The notes under the pieces: model-generated
Databases searched by the model: none
What the model was told of the DNA's origin: nothing
The model's input: only the letters and a program-made list of their open reading frames with translations
Shown here: one piece after another, positions 47,301 through 61,148 of the stretch
Layout of the letters: each line of letters starts with the position of its first letter
How positions within the stretch are numbered: the first letter of the stretch is position 1
From: Oculina patagonica
Lineage: Eukaryota
Reading direction: 5' to 3'
Assembly (NCBI RefSeq): GCF_052425735.1
Contig: NC_135762.1
Location: 14,198,001-14,262,000 of the forward strand
DNA: 64,000 nt
Made by a program: the position numbers and the translations under genes

Positions 47301-48659
47301 TGCCATGGCATGCTCCGTCCTATACTGACTTTACTATCGAATAGATCTGCCAGCTGTTAAGGAAAAATTAACCATACAGTTTTGGAGGAGTTTGCGTAGA
47401 ACTGACGACCTTAACAACAGCTCTTGCAGTGACATTTGACTATGAAGACAATAATCACGCATTGAGAACCAAATGAAAATTACATTAACAGAAATAAAAG
47501 TGGGAGAAAGAAAGAATAGATTGACTCGAAGTTGACTCTGTTGTAAATGACTTCTAGGTTGGCTCATGCTCTCGTTTCGGACGCACCTGGAGTACAGTGG
47601 GAAAGTGCAGAAGTCAGGTTATAACCAGACTATTGAGCCATGTTTGTTTAGCTCAACTTAATATGAAAATCATAGTACGTTGAAAACAGCACATAATCTT
47701 GTTTACAGGATGGTCGATGACCTTAACTTCCAAATGACCTAACACTGACAAATTAGCAAAATGGAATTTAAAGCTTTTCTTGAACAGGGTATAAGGTGGA
47801 TGATAAGCGAGTTCTTCTGCAGACGTTCGGGTGTTAGCTTGCATGTTTTGGGTTCTCATATAAAACGCGCTAAATAGTGGTTCTTCCAAGTCTGGGCTCC
47901 TCTCATTTTTTGCCTTTTACCCTTCACCAGACTCTTTGAACTTAGAACAGACTTGTTGACTGAAGAAATGAATTTCCCATGTGTCTCAGAAAAGATAATC
48001 CCTAAAAATCGGTCTTATGAGATGCATATATTTGTTGGTAAAATGATTTAGGCCACCAAGATAGTATGTTACTAGTACAGATTTGCAGAGAGTTTCTTTG
48101 TGATATTTCACTCAGTCATACCTGTTGCTCATGGAAAGTAAGAAATTCACTTAAATCTCTACAGAAACCTGTCATTCGGTAGCAATCTTAGCTTCTGTTT
48201 CTTATCAGCTAAATATATATTCAGTATTTTAATCTGCCTCCACTAGTAAACAGCTTTAACGAAATAAAGACAAAAAATATCAGTGGCAAGGACTAAAGTT
48301 GCGAAGAAAATGAAGCGTTATTATTTGTTTCTGGTCTTGTTGTCGCACAATTATGACTGCTGAGTTCGATCACAGATTCACAACCGGCAAGCCATATCAG
48401 TCCTTCATTACCATTACCCAGTGACAGACTAGAAGGCAAACTCGCAATTCGATTGGCTCTGTAAGGGCAGTGTAATTTTCAATAGACTTGGGAGCACATG
48501 CAAGTTAAATTGCCCAAATCACAAACCAAAACTTTAAAATAACCACTTTCACTTTCACTGGGGTCTGGTTTATGATAAAACAATCAGAAGGGTCCCTATC
48601 AGTTCCTATCGACTTTTGCTAGTTGTCTCGGGGCTCCGTCCATCGATATCGCCATCTAT

Positions 48660-48964
48660 TTAACAATTAGACGGCGAGCGCGAGGTTTCTACCGGCTGAT
48701 AGTTGGCGAGGGGCGAAGCCCAGAGTCAACTATCAAATGCCGGTAGAAACCGAGAGCGAGCCGTCTAATTATGTTAGCATAACCCACTGACCGATCTATT
48801 AAACTCAGAATATCGCTAGAATTGATTTATTGAAGGTTTTGATTGATAAAATTCAGCGAAGACTAAGCGCGCGCTCCGAGAGCCTTCTACGGATCGATAG
48901 TAGGCACCTGTGTAGCCAATCAGATTGCGCGATTACCAATAGTAGGTCAGTGTGGTTATGCTAA
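48660..48964 (+). mobile_element. Young Crypton-like non-autonomous element (~305 bp)
   Basis: 5' hairpin (aattagacggc..ggtttctaccggc / gccggtagaaacc..gccgtctaatt), and an internal segment gttagcataacccactgacc complementary to the 3' end ggtcagtgtggttatgctaa; no TSD seen. Confidence 0.65.
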
Positions 48965-49169
48965 CAGCTGATAGGAACCTCGAGCTTACCACATAACTGT
49001 TCATGACTATGTTACACATTGACTTCATTTCAAACGCTTCCTTAAAAGAAAGATTTTAAAAAATTATTTGTGACACGCAATGAGTTTTTCCTCCTAACTG
49101 CAGCTTCCCGTTGTCGATCGTAACACTTTTTAATGCCATTTCCTACCGTTTGATTTCTTCTTTTACTCC

Positions 49170-49560
49170 TATAACCATATACTTATCATGTTACTTTGAG
49201 AGGAAATTGCAGGTCAATATATAGACGTGCAGAAATCAGAAAGGGCACTTTGAAAGGAAGGAACATGGAAAGGCATACAACCCCGACCTCTTAACAACTA
49301 CCTCTCAGCCTGTCTCCGCCTCAGCAGTATGGTCAACATAAACGCCGAGGGGATCACAGTGATGAGAAATTTATTTTTAAAATGACTAAACTCCTTAAAT
49401 ACTTATCATGTTACTTTGTGAAGAAAAAAATTACAGGTCAGTCAAGATGCTCAGAAATGAGAAAGGATACAATGAAGGAAGGAGCATGAAATGGCAGCAT
49501 ACCCCCGCTCCCCACCTCATAACAATGACTTCCCTGTTTATCCCCGCATCAGCAATAGAG
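49170..49560 (+). repeat. Local tandem duplication (~220-bp unit x2), also present in copy B (~61835-62200)
   Basis: tacttatcatgttactttg...aaatt.caggtca...agaaat.agaaagg at 49180 and 49400. Confidence 0.75.
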
Positions 49561-51217
49561 TCGAAATACACCGTTAATGAAGTTCTGTCGTGGTAAAATG
49601 ACACATATCTAAACTGATTTTAATCCTTTCGATGTGGCAACAAACCTTAAAAGAAAGAATCAATTGTTATCTGTCCTTTTTATATCAAAGTCTGGGCAAG
49701 GAAAGGTTTTAGTATACTTTGTTGATAAACTCATTGGAATTGGAAAGGTCACCGCCTTCTTCTTTAATCCTAGTGAGGATGATAACCCTAATACAGAAAG
49801 GATGAACACGATGACAGCACAGAGAAGCTGAGATTCTGTGATAAAGTGATAAAGGGGGAGCTCAGTAGATGGCCGTATCAATTTTCAACCTGTTTATCGA
49901 ATTGAAGACCTGATAGTCAATATCTGGGAATGCTTGTAACACAACACGAACGTTTGAAAGCAAGACATAAACGGAAGCTGTCACAATTCAAGAACAGATA
50001 TGATATATATACAGTCAGAAACATTTATTTTATCACACTTTAAATATCGATCCACCTTAAAAGCCTTACGTTTTTTCACCTTATCCTGAAACCGCGATAT
50101 AAACGGTATTTAATGGGGCAATTTTTCTGCTTATGGACGCATCCGCTACTTTCCGTAAATTTGCTTTTCTACAAAACGCGTTAAGCAAAATAACCTGTAA
50201 TAATTTCTGTTAAGTGAGCTTTTTTTTTCGGGAGTGGTGGGGGTAGGGGCTTAGCTGGTGAAAGTTGGCCAAGATAAAAAAAACAATGAAGGGGGCAAAT
50301 ATTTATGCTGTCATCAGTATACACCTCACTGTTATTATAATGGAAACACATGTTTGCAGTTTTTAAGGTTGTTATGAGTAATTGTCAAGTTATACAGGTT
50401 AAAAACCCTTCTCAAATACTCCTAGATATATCCGCTCTTGGATAGCAGTGAGTCGCAATTCACATATCCTATAACAATATTAATAACGCTGTTAATGAGA
50501 TGACAATAAAAATAAACCGAGATTTGCTTATTTTTTCCCCGCATCCTCGTGTAACCACAAAGCGGAAGCCGTCTTTCATATTTTTCTTGTTTCTGTTTTT
50601 CTTTCTTTTTAATCTGAGGTCTGTACATCCTTTTTTCAAAGATAATACCGTGCTAATTGTCAGATGATTGTAAAAGTCATATTTACAATCGGCTTAAAAC
50701 TCCATGGAGACCAAGAGGCCGAGGGTGGATTATGAAAGACGTTAAGGTACGTAAATGATGTGGTTGTAGACATCGCCAAATTAGGGCAAGGAATTTCTAT
50801 CTTCTATACACATTACATAGCGATCAGAACTTTTGTAGAACACATATGCTTCGTAAACTATGTCAATGATACAAAAGGGTAGCTCGACAATGTGTGATAA
50901 TAGCGAAGTCTTGTGAGTTACTGTAATAGCGCATGACCTCGCTTTATAAATCCAGTTGAATTTCCTTACCACGTGCTCTGTCGTTCTTGGAGAAGGTCAT
51001 GGATGTCCAAAAATAGATTGGGCTCGATCTGACTTCCCAGTTAAAAAACAAAAGAAAAAGGAAGAAAAAAAACAACAACAACAACGCACGCTCTGTTTTC
51101 CACTAATAGGCAAAGTCTTTTATCATTTTATTCCAGTAAAACAACCCACAAATTATACTTTTATAGCTTATAGACTAAAAATCCTTACACGTATGATGAT
51201 ATCTACCCCCCCCCCCC

Positions 51218-51219
<2 letters not shown>

Positions 51220-51254
<35 letters not shown>
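51220..51254 (+). repeat. (CA)n microsatellite, absent at the paralogous site in copy B
   Basis: Directly visible; copy B reads ccccacccccacggg at ~63933-63948. Confidence 0.9.
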
Positions 51255-51256
<2 letters not shown>

Positions 51257-52919
51257 GAATCAGCCAACAGCTATTTTTGTCTACGAAAAAAAAGAAGTAG
51301 AACAGTTCCAAAACGCGCTAACTGCCAAGAAATTTTAATTGTAAGCCCCTGTAGTAAGACGAAAGGTATTGTAGCTTATGATAGGAAACGCAAGCGAGGA
51401 AATGTCTTCACCCCATTAATTAATTGAACAGACAAACCACAAATATCCATACATCCAGTTTAATCTCTTACAACCCGATCACGATCACGAATTTAGCGGC
51501 GGAAAGAAAGTGTGGCAAAAGGGCAGTGTTATTACATGTATCTAGTCCTTAACGATAACTGATTTTACCCCATGCTTTCGTAGCCGTGACGTACATGTCA
51601 GCGTACACATCCATCAAAGTGTGACTAAATGAAGAGTCATCTGAAAAAAAAAAAAAAAAAAAAAGAGGTATACTAGGGGTTTGTGACCTCTTCGACTTAT
51701 AGAGTGTGCGGGCGGCGGAAACTAGTAAAGCATGATAATCGTTTTGGCCGACAGTATAATCATTAGTTTCTAAGCTGAAATTACTAGAGGATTTTGAGAA
51801 ACGTGGTGACACCCACTTGTGAAGATATTTACGCCATATGACGCCTAAAAGACAGTCCAAAATCCTTTGTAAGGTTTATTATAAAACGCTGTTGTGTGGA
51901 TATTCGCGTAGGAGTTGAGTCGAAGCCGGAACGTCTTGGATACCACCCGCACTTTCTAGACGAGAAATATTGGTACTCTTTAACGCATATACAGAACTAG
52001 GTTTTCTAAACAATAACCAATTCTTTACCCGCCTCCTACAAGCGGTACAACTGAACTTCGATAGGAATTTTAAGCTTTCACGGCATTCTCGACCAAAAGG
52101 GTACTAAGATACTTTTTGTTATTATCTCAATCCACCGTGGGAAAATTACGCTTTCCGTGCAAGGGGCCGGGATACTCTGAGTGATTGAGTTGCGCTGCAT
52201 GTTTTACGCTTGTTTGCTTCCAGGACTTATCCCCAGAAGAAAATGAGACTACTGTAAAGCTGGCAGATTAATTACGCAACTATTGTACTGTCGAAACAAG
52301 CCGCATTACACTTTCCATGCCATTTTACTTGTTACGCTAAAGATCAAACTGACTATAGTTAAGTTATATTTTTTTTCGTTTGTTTCACCGAGGAGACAGA
52401 AAACATTCTCAGACATCAATACACTCAAATTATTTTTTTAAACTAGGAAATCGCGATCGCGAACAAAACAAATGAAATGTACCCTCAATTAAGGAAGAAT
52501 GGTGCAGGAACACATTTTTCAGTTTCCAAATATAGTCATACACTTTTTCAAAATAATCCATTTTCCGTACGGAAACACCGAATGTGTCTTGGAGTACTCT
52601 GCGTATTTGGCAACAACACTTGTCGAAGTTAGGGCTTGATCACGCGATTTTGAGCATGCCATTTTCCAAATGATCTTAAATCGCATGAAAGCACTTAATA
52701 AATTTGAATTTCGAGAATTATTACAAGTGTAAGTTAAGACCAGTTAAGGCTGGATGATATATTGCAAAACTTTACAGTAAGATAAACGGAAGTTTTCCAT
52801 CGCTACGACTGAAAACAAATCATACTTTAAAATTGATATTCGGAAATCCTGCATTTGTCTGCAGCTGATGATATACCAACACTGCATGGAATCAGGAATA
52901 TAGCGATTTTAGTTTCTTA

Positions 52920-53088
52920 AGGTGGGTTTCCACTGTGCGTATTTTTTTACGTGCGTTTACGTGCGTAAAAAAATAGAGACAATGCATGGACGACTTTCGA
53001 AAACCTGTACGCAAGTCGTTCACACATGGTCTCTAAAAAAAAATAAACGCATGCACGTTAAAAATTACGCGTCAGTGGAAATCCACCT
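52920..53088. mobile_element. Hairpin MITE, same family as 41048-41202
   Basis: aggtgggtttccactg ... cagtggaaatccacct with tta/taa flanks. Confidence 0.8.
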
Positions 53089-53269
53089 TAAGTTAAAACT
53101 GTTTTACGTACATTGAAAGATAGACCTCATCATCAAACAGCGTGTCCTGACTTCATGAACTACTGTCGAAAACGTGCCTTATGAAATTCGTTGTTCTAAT
53201 TAACACCTCCCGAGTTACCGTCGACAAGGTGATCTGCTCATATCTGTTTTGGCATATTTGCATCAAGTT

Positions 53270-53890
53270 GGTTGGTTTATATACAAACATATCAGCACAA
53301 GAAGTTAAAGCGAATCGTCAGAAAAAAAAAGGTGTTGATACATACGTCATGCTCAGTAAACGCAAAACGAAATTCAAGTAAGGAGCTATCGAGGAAAGAG
53401 ATCCATTCTTTGGTAAAGTGACCTCTAAGCTGCCAATTCATCCCATACATGCAACAACAAAACTGGAGACTTGAGATAAAACCAATTTCTCTGGTTTATT
53501 TGCAAACACCAGCACAAAAAATGTAGCGAATTGTGACAAAGGTGTTGATACAGAAATCGGTATACGCAAAACACGCGAAATTCAAGTAAGAACCCATTGA
53601 GGAAAAATATCATTATTTATTATTCGGGACAAACCCTAATCTTCCAATTCATCCCATGCAACAACAAAACTAGAGACCGGGAATAAAACCAAACATCAGC
53701 ACGAGAAATGTAACGGATGGTGGCTGAAAAGGTGTTGATACGTAATTCAGACATATGCAAAACGAAATTCAAGTAAGAAGCCATCTAGGAAAAGATACTT
53801 TCTTTGGGACAATCTCTAGGCTGCCACTGACTCATCTTTTGCAACAACAACAACGTAAGAGACCAGAGATAAAACCAATTTCCCTGGAAA
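53270..53890 (+). repeat. Three diverged tandem ~190-220-bp units
   Basis: Each has cagcac.a.aa.t.ta..cg.at...aaaggtgttgatac...cgaaattcaagtaag...gcaacaacaa...gagac...ataaaaccaa (units begin ~53285, 53505, 53690). Confidence 0.85.
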
Positions 53891-55111
53891 GAACTCCTCT
53901 AAAAAAGCCATTGCTAAGATTCTCGATCATTCCTTTGCTCGCTTAGTTGTCGTGATCGCAAAGAACACCATAAAACTGCACAAAATAAAGCAACGCTCTT
54001 GCCACCTGGCAAAATTGCGTGTGCGACGTGATCACAACATATACCGTTAAAACGAAAAAATAAGAACGCGTCACTACTGAAATGTGGCTGCTGACATAAC
54101 TCTAACATATAACTATTGCATGGGCTGCTGATGACAAATAAACCTTCAATGGTCTGCAACTGGCGAGAACAGTTAGCAAGAAACTGTACTCAACATATTC
54201 TACAAGTCATTCTACAAGTGACTGACGAACATAAACTGCTGACACTTCCTTGAATAAACACGACAGAACAGCAATTAAAATTTGCTTGCGTTATTTGCAT
54301 TCAGTCGAGAAGCGTCATGGAAAGGATATTTAAAAAAATATATTGTTTAATAGTTTTAAATAAAGTAATTTATTATTTCGATTTTCTACTGAATTGTATT
54401 CAGAATTTTTTCCTCAGTTTCTGTACCCAACTCGGTGATTTCTTCAAAATAAACTGCCTAAAAGAAACATTAATTAAAAATATATTAATCGGTAATAAGA
54501 ATCTTTGACTGTCGTATCCTATAACAACATGCCACCCATCGCAGTTGTCAGTTTGATGCAATATGGTGAAAGCGTTAATTCTGTGTATCTTTCCTTTGTC
54601 GTTTCAGCATAAAGTGGCTCCTCTTGATCGTAGTTAGGCTCAGACTTCACTGTTCTGTGAAAATCTGTCATTTTTCCTTCGCATTTTGTTTGACCATATG
54701 AATACCTAAAACCCAGAGGGTGAAAATGAATTCTAAGCTCAATGGCTAACTTTTGATTACAATAACGCGTGCGTGGTGATACTTCATTTTCCTTATTCAA
54801 GTACATCTGAATGAAGAATCGTTAACCAATGGAAAGCGTAAACCGTTAACGATGTGACCCAAATGAATACTGGGAAATCGAAAAAAAAAAAAACGTCGTC
54901 TTTGAGACAATGACCATGATAATAAGACAGGTTGCATAAATCATGCTCTTAAGGCTCTCAAAGAAAGAAAATATCTTGATTATCAATGAAAGGAAATATT
55001 ACTAAGCTTACCAAAGTTGCCTACCAAGAATACCACTGGGTAATATCGTTCATGGTTTTTGCTTTTTACATGGTCAACGTTTCTTCAACCAGATGTATAC
55101 GCTCTTTCTGA

Positions 55112-55612
55112 GCGAACACATCACACCTACTTTGTTAAATCTCCACTGGCTTCCTGTTAATTATCGCATCATCTTTAAAATTCTACCCATCACGTACAAG
55201 GCTCTAAACGATCTGGCACCTTCTTACGTTCGCGACCTCCTTACTCCTTACACTCCACCTCGTCAGCTACGCTCATCTTCAAAAGACCTTCTTTCTATTC
55301 CGCATTTCAATTTGAAAACATATGGCGCAAGATCTTTCTTCGTGGCAGCTCCTACACTCTTGAATACTCTACCTTCTGACATTAAGAACAGCTCCTCAGT
55401 GTCCCTTTTTAAACATAAACTTAAAACTTTCCTTTTTTAAAAAGCATTTTTATAACTTTTTAGCAACATTTTTTATTAGTCTAAGATTTTAAGCATTTTT
55501 TGTAACCTTTTAACTATTTTTATATTTATTTTTTTAATAGTGTTTTTAATATTTTTAACGTTACTTCTGTAAAGCGCTTTTGAGCTGTTAGGATATTTGC
55601 TCTATATAAATA

Positions 55613-55665
<53 letters not shown>
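55112..55665 (+). mobile_element. 5'-truncated L2/CR1-group LINE 3' end with (TTA)n tail; copy B only
   Basis: EHITPTLLNLHWLPVNYRIIFKIL..YKALNDLAPSY..LRS..YGARSFFVAAPTLLNTLP..FKHKLKTFLF; (TTA)n at 55615-55665; empty site at ~41670. Confidence 0.92.
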
Positions 55666-55669
<4 letters not shown>

Positions 55670-58600
55670 GCGCAGCACTTGATTTTGCACGTGTTCAGGT
55701 CGTGCGCCTTTAAGACCGCGGCAAGTTCATATTCGGGTAGCGTCGACCAGAATGATGTGATGAAATTCGAAAAACAAAATGCGTCTTTGTCAGTTGTTAG
55801 GTATGAGGACAAAAAATAAACTCCACTAAAGGAAGAACCCTCGGCTGCGCCTCCGACAACACTGAGCGTGAAACGGACAGGTGACGATTATAAAGCAATG
55901 GTAGCAATGACCACACGACTCATATTCGCGGGTTAGCTGTTACCTGGTTACTTGTACTGGCTGGCATCCACGGGTAATTTTGCTATGCGCACACGTCCTG
56001 CCCGTTTAGCCGGTTTATTTCACAGATGGCAAACATAAAGTAAAAAATGCCACGTTTCTAGTATACCATCCAAATGAAGACAACAATTCCTGCCCAGTCC
56101 CTGGGCAATACAACATCCTTTTTACACACATTCATAATAAATTTGCATAGTCCAATCTTTTTTATTCTTACACATTTATATTCATGTTTCGTTATTCAAT
56201 TTTACCAGTCGAAGACTGTAGATCTAACAGACAAAAGTTCGTGTTTTTTAAAACGTTTTGAGCCAAAGATCGTTCGTTAATTTTTTATTAAAAAGAAAAT
56301 CGTCAACTGGTAGAGTTTGTTTTGAGGAAGCAGTTATTCCTTAGCAGTAACTGGAAATTAGTATGCTGCAACAAACAACGAGAATTGTCATTTTGTATTA
56401 CAAACTGAACTTGAGGTAATTTCTTTAATCTCCTGCAATGATGTCACTTAAGCACATTATGATTTCTATATCTTAGCAGGCCTTTCGAGGCGGAAATGTC
56501 TGGCGTGAAAGCTGGATAAAAGTAAGCTGTGCTTCACCAGTCTCCTTCCTCTTTTTGATAACTGTCTCTAGCTGAGAAGGAATTATTTCCATTGCTTCTT
56601 CAACCCTCAACTTCCAAAACATTTTTTTTGTTAGTGATAGTCGTTTCAGTGGCCGACGTGATAATCGGCTCAATTGTACCACTTTTAAAGTGTTAACGGT
56701 TTGCTGACACTTTCTTTTGTTCTTTCACGATATTGGCAGCGTAGCAGCGGACGTCCTTTTATTAACACATTGGCCTCTTTTGCCTGGAGTTTTCACAAGT
56801 TATACTTATGGAACGATGAACTAACTTGGTACGATTCTGAAGCATAATTGACCGTCTGAACTCGAAAAATTCTTAATTTAATTTCTTTACTAATTCATCA
56901 AGACAGCATACCACGTACAGTGGATGATTTTCGTAATTCTCGTCACATTTCTTCCGTTTGTATGTGACGCATTGCTATTTTATGGAGAAATTTGATTATG
57001 ATCACTATTGTGAAAATATATTCAAACTGTGTTCAGAACTGTGCGTTTATTATTTGAGGGTTAAGTTTAGATGAGAGGTGGACACTCATTCAGTTAGTAT
57101 CTTTTGACCTAGCGTATCTCTCCAAAATAAACAACTGACTGCTAGCTCTGTAAACTATGACAACAAACTTTTAAAAAGCTTGTTGATTCAGTCCCCAATA
57201 CCATCCTTTTAGATTTGACATTCGGTACAACATTATCAGGGTTAGTTTTCTTACTTTTTTGTGACCGGTGTATTTTGTATTTTCATGAGTTGCCATTTGT
57301 CAGAAGTAAAGAAGAGACCCAATTTTGTCCTTTTGTCAGTTGCCATAATCCCTTCCTCTTAGGTGACTTAGTCCTATTGGATTAAATTGGCTAGGGTAGT
57401 CAAAATAGTTTTACTTGATTGGCGTTGCAAATCGCGTGACTGCCAGCTAGATGTTTCTTAATCGCTTCAACGTCTACCCAGACCGAATTTTACAGAACTG
57501 GTAACAAAGCTAATCTCCACCTGCTTCCTGCAGTTTTCACTTTGTGTTGATCCCTACTTGAAAGGGTTAAAAGGATTGACTGTTGCGTATGAAACCAGAT
57601 TGCTCAACACTTAGAGTGACGTCTGGCACGAGAGCATTACTTAAACAGGAGATCCAGGCAACAGACAAGCCAAGTAATTTTATTCTTCGTTGCTTCGTTG
57701 CATTTAAACTGTTTTTGTTGCGAATGGGCATAAGGAACTGTCATTAAAGAAATGCAAAACGTTTACTAGATCCTTTTATAAATTCCTGAGTGCGGCAAAT
57801 AGTTTATTGCTATCGCAGATACTATAAATCCCTACCCTCGTTGTTTGTTTAGCACCTTTGAGGGGGGCTTAACCAGTATTTTGTTTTTACGGCTACAAAA
57901 TTGGAAGTGAAAGGGTCTACAAGTGATTTACGGTGTTCCAATATAAAAGAGGTCTCGCACAACGGTACAATGTATAGGACAGAAGAAAGCTTAGCACTTT
58001 AAATGAAGCATCGTTTAGAGATGAACAACGTTAATTTGACTTGCAGATCTTTATTCCAATAATTTCAGATACTCAATTCCTATATTTCCTTACTAATACT
58101 TCAAATTAAGTAGCAAAATACGCCCTTCAGGTGAAGTCACGCTAGGCTATATTTCATAAGCAACGGAAAAGCTCGAAATCAAATTAAACTTTTAATTTTA
58201 ATAACGGCTTTTAAGCATAGAAAACTCAATCAATAGTAAGAGCAGGGCTTTTCAACAGCGGATAAGTTTGAAACAAATTGGCAAAAGCATTCTGTGGTTA
58301 GGTGACAGACGTCAGGCTGCCGTCCATTTGCACGCGAACGTGGTCTAGATTGGAATCCCACAGGAATCTGCTTTGGTACGGAAGGTAAACGAAACGATTG
58401 TTCCAATACTAAGGCAGGGGTTGTACATCCGATTTCTGTAGCATGCGGTGACTAGGAGCTGTATTGCTCCTCCGCCCTAAATGTGATCCTTTGTTGCTGT
58501 ACCGGGTCACCGGTACCCATTTATACTCTAGCCATCTAGGATGCAGAGAGGCACTGTGAGAGTTAAGTGTCTTGTACACGGATTATAACTCGATGATCCC

Positions 58601-61148
58601 AGCTAGGGCTCCAGCTCGGTCCGTTTACTTCATCCATTGTTCAACGCAAGCTATTTCCCGCCCGAAAGGAGTATCGTTTCTCAGGCTCTAGGTATATAAA
58701 AGGAAAGGGTTATCACGAGATGAAATATACAAAAGGGTAGGGAATACTGCCATCTTGTTGACGGGTAAAAACCTAGCGGGCGCTTATTTTAACGGGTTAT
58801 TCGGGTAAAAATTAATAAAATATGTAGGTATATGTGAAAGGGGTGCCTTTTTCTAGCGGAGGTTTACGAAAGGATTACCATTTCTGTGAATGGGTTTGGA
58901 CCTTAACTCGACCCGGTAAAAAAAAAGCTTTTTGAACCCCTCCCTCCCAGGTACATATTACATTACAGTTTTCTTTGGTAAAAACGTTATAGCCTAAAGC
59001 GAAGGGAAAACGTTTTCAAAATCAAACAATGCCGGCCTGGTGTAATATTTAAACCGTCTAATCACCCTGTTGGAACTTGTTGTAGCTTGTTGAACTTGCT
59101 GGAATTGATGTTTGGCGAAAGCACAGATTCAACTTTTAAATACCCTGGAGAGAGGGGGAAGTCCCAGGGGGTTACGGCGTGGGTGATCGTCGCCGGGAAT
59201 TTTCAAAAGCCTCCCGAAAGACACCAGATTCTCGTTTCATGGGCGTAGCTCGAATTTATTTTCACCCTAAGAGGTACAAATTATTCCTTTCCTTTTTTAG
59301 CATAACATCTTAAAAGGTTCAACCTGGTATAGGAATCACTTCAACAGTAGTAGTTTTGTTCTTGTCTAAATTCTCCTTTAAAAACTTGCAATAATGTTTA
59401 AACCTGACATTGAAAATATAGACAGCTTCGTTTAATCTTATCTGACTTGAAGCTTCAACGTGATTAGTTTTAACTCCGTTAAAATCAGCAGAGGTCCGTT
59501 AAATCTCCTTACGAGGTCCGGATCCTTATGTTCAGCCCCTGTTTGGATGTTTTTGGGCTTAGCAGGGCAGAAGTAAGTTTATCTAGTTTGTGCTCAAAGA
59601 GAAATCAGAGCAGAACTTTCCTATATAAATCCTCATAGTTACAGATTGACCTCTGCTGACGTCATAAGGTTAATTAACATCGTGCATGCATTTCCAAATT
59701 TATCCCTTGAGCAAACTTATATTATCACTATAGAGTGCATGTAAAATTTTGTAATTTTGCCTGGAAACAACTTACTTAAAACCTGCTTAAGGCGATGCAT
59801 TGAAAAGTGCAATAGTTAAAGCCGTTTCTTAAATCAAAACATCTCGTTCAAAAAAGTAACGCGTTACGAGAAGTAGGGACAACCCCGTTCAGCTTCCAGC
59901 ATCAACTCCTACTATTTCTTCTACAATTACTAAATGCCCATGCATGCATGCTCCGTCCTATACTATCGAATAGATCTCCCAGCCGTAAAGGAAAAATTAA
60001 CCATACAGCTTTGGAGGAGTTTGAGTAGAACTGACGAACTTAACAAAGGCCCTTGCAGTGACATTGGACTATGAAGACAATAATCACGCATTGGGAACCA
60101 AATGAACATTACATTTAATTGACAGAAGTAAAAGTAGGAGAAAAAACAAAACAAAAAAACAATAGATTGACTCGAAGTTGACTCTGTTGTAAATGACTTC
60201 TAGGTTGGCTCATGCTCGTTTCTGACACATGTAATATACAGTGGGAAAGTGCAGAAGTCAGACTATTGAGCCATGTTTGTTTAGCTCAACTTAATATGAA
60301 AATCATAGTTCGTTCAAAACAGCACATAATCTTGTTTACAGGATAGTAGATGACCTTAACTTCCAAATGACCTAACACTGGCAAATTAGCAAAATGGAAT
60401 TTAAAGCTTTTCTTTAACAGGTTATAAGGTGGATGATAAAACAGTTCTTCTGCAGAATTTCGGATGTTAGCTTGCATGTTTGGGGCTAACAGAATAAACG
60501 GGCCAAGTGGTGGCTCTTCCTAGTCTCGTCCTCTCATTTTTTGCCTCCATACCCTTTCGCGATTCTATGATCGCTCCCCCAGACTCGTTGTACTTAGAAC
60601 AGGCTAGTTGCCTGAAGAAATGAATTTCCCATGTGGCTCAAAATAGATAATCCCTAAAAACCGGTCTTATGAGATGCATATATTTTTTGATAAAATGATT
60701 TAGGTCACCTAGATAGTATGTCACTAGCACAGATTTGTAGGGGGATTCTTTGTGATATTTCACTATATTCCACGGAAACCATTTTTTACCTCAGTGCTAC
60801 CTGTTGCTCATGGTAAGTAAGAAATTCATTTAAATCTCCGCAGAGACCCGTTTTTCGGTAGCAATTTTCGTCTCTGTTTCTTATCAGCTAAGTGTTTTAA
60901 TCTTTTCAACTAGTAAACAGCTTTAACGAAATTAAGACAAAAAATACCAGTGTATACGAAAGCAACGAAGGAAATGAAGCTTTATTATTTATTTCTGGTC
61001 TTACTTTGTTTGCACAACTATGATGATTGCTGAGTTCGATCAAAGATTCACAACTGCAAGCTGTATATCTTTTATTATAATAACCCAGTGGCCGACTTGA
61101 AAGCAAACTCGCAATCTGATTGGCTTCGTAAGGGCGGTCTAATTTTCG

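Larger units (their letters stand above)
40590..54204 (+). repeat. Tandem segmental duplication, copy A (~13.6 kb)
   Basis: Colinear with 54205-64000: 40640 acacgacagaacagcaattaaaatttgctt = 54258; 44960 ttttcactttgtgttgatcc = 57535; 47015 ctctgctgacgtcataagg = 59651; 50400 aaaaacccttctcaaatactcc = 63112; 51255 gggaatcagccaacagc = 63946. The counterpart of 51310-54204 would lie beyond the window, so that part is inferred. Confidence 0.93.

Noticed and set aside
47334-47889. Short ORFs apparently conserved with 59963-60477 (also 50422-50628 vs 63133-63339)
   Set aside because: Similarity follows from the DNA duplication; many differences are non-synonymous, with no coding signature.
53914-54159. 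Second PAN/FReD paralog next to copy B
   Set aside because: No PAN or fibrinogen motifs found in 51310-54200; the 81-aa ORF is unrecognisable.
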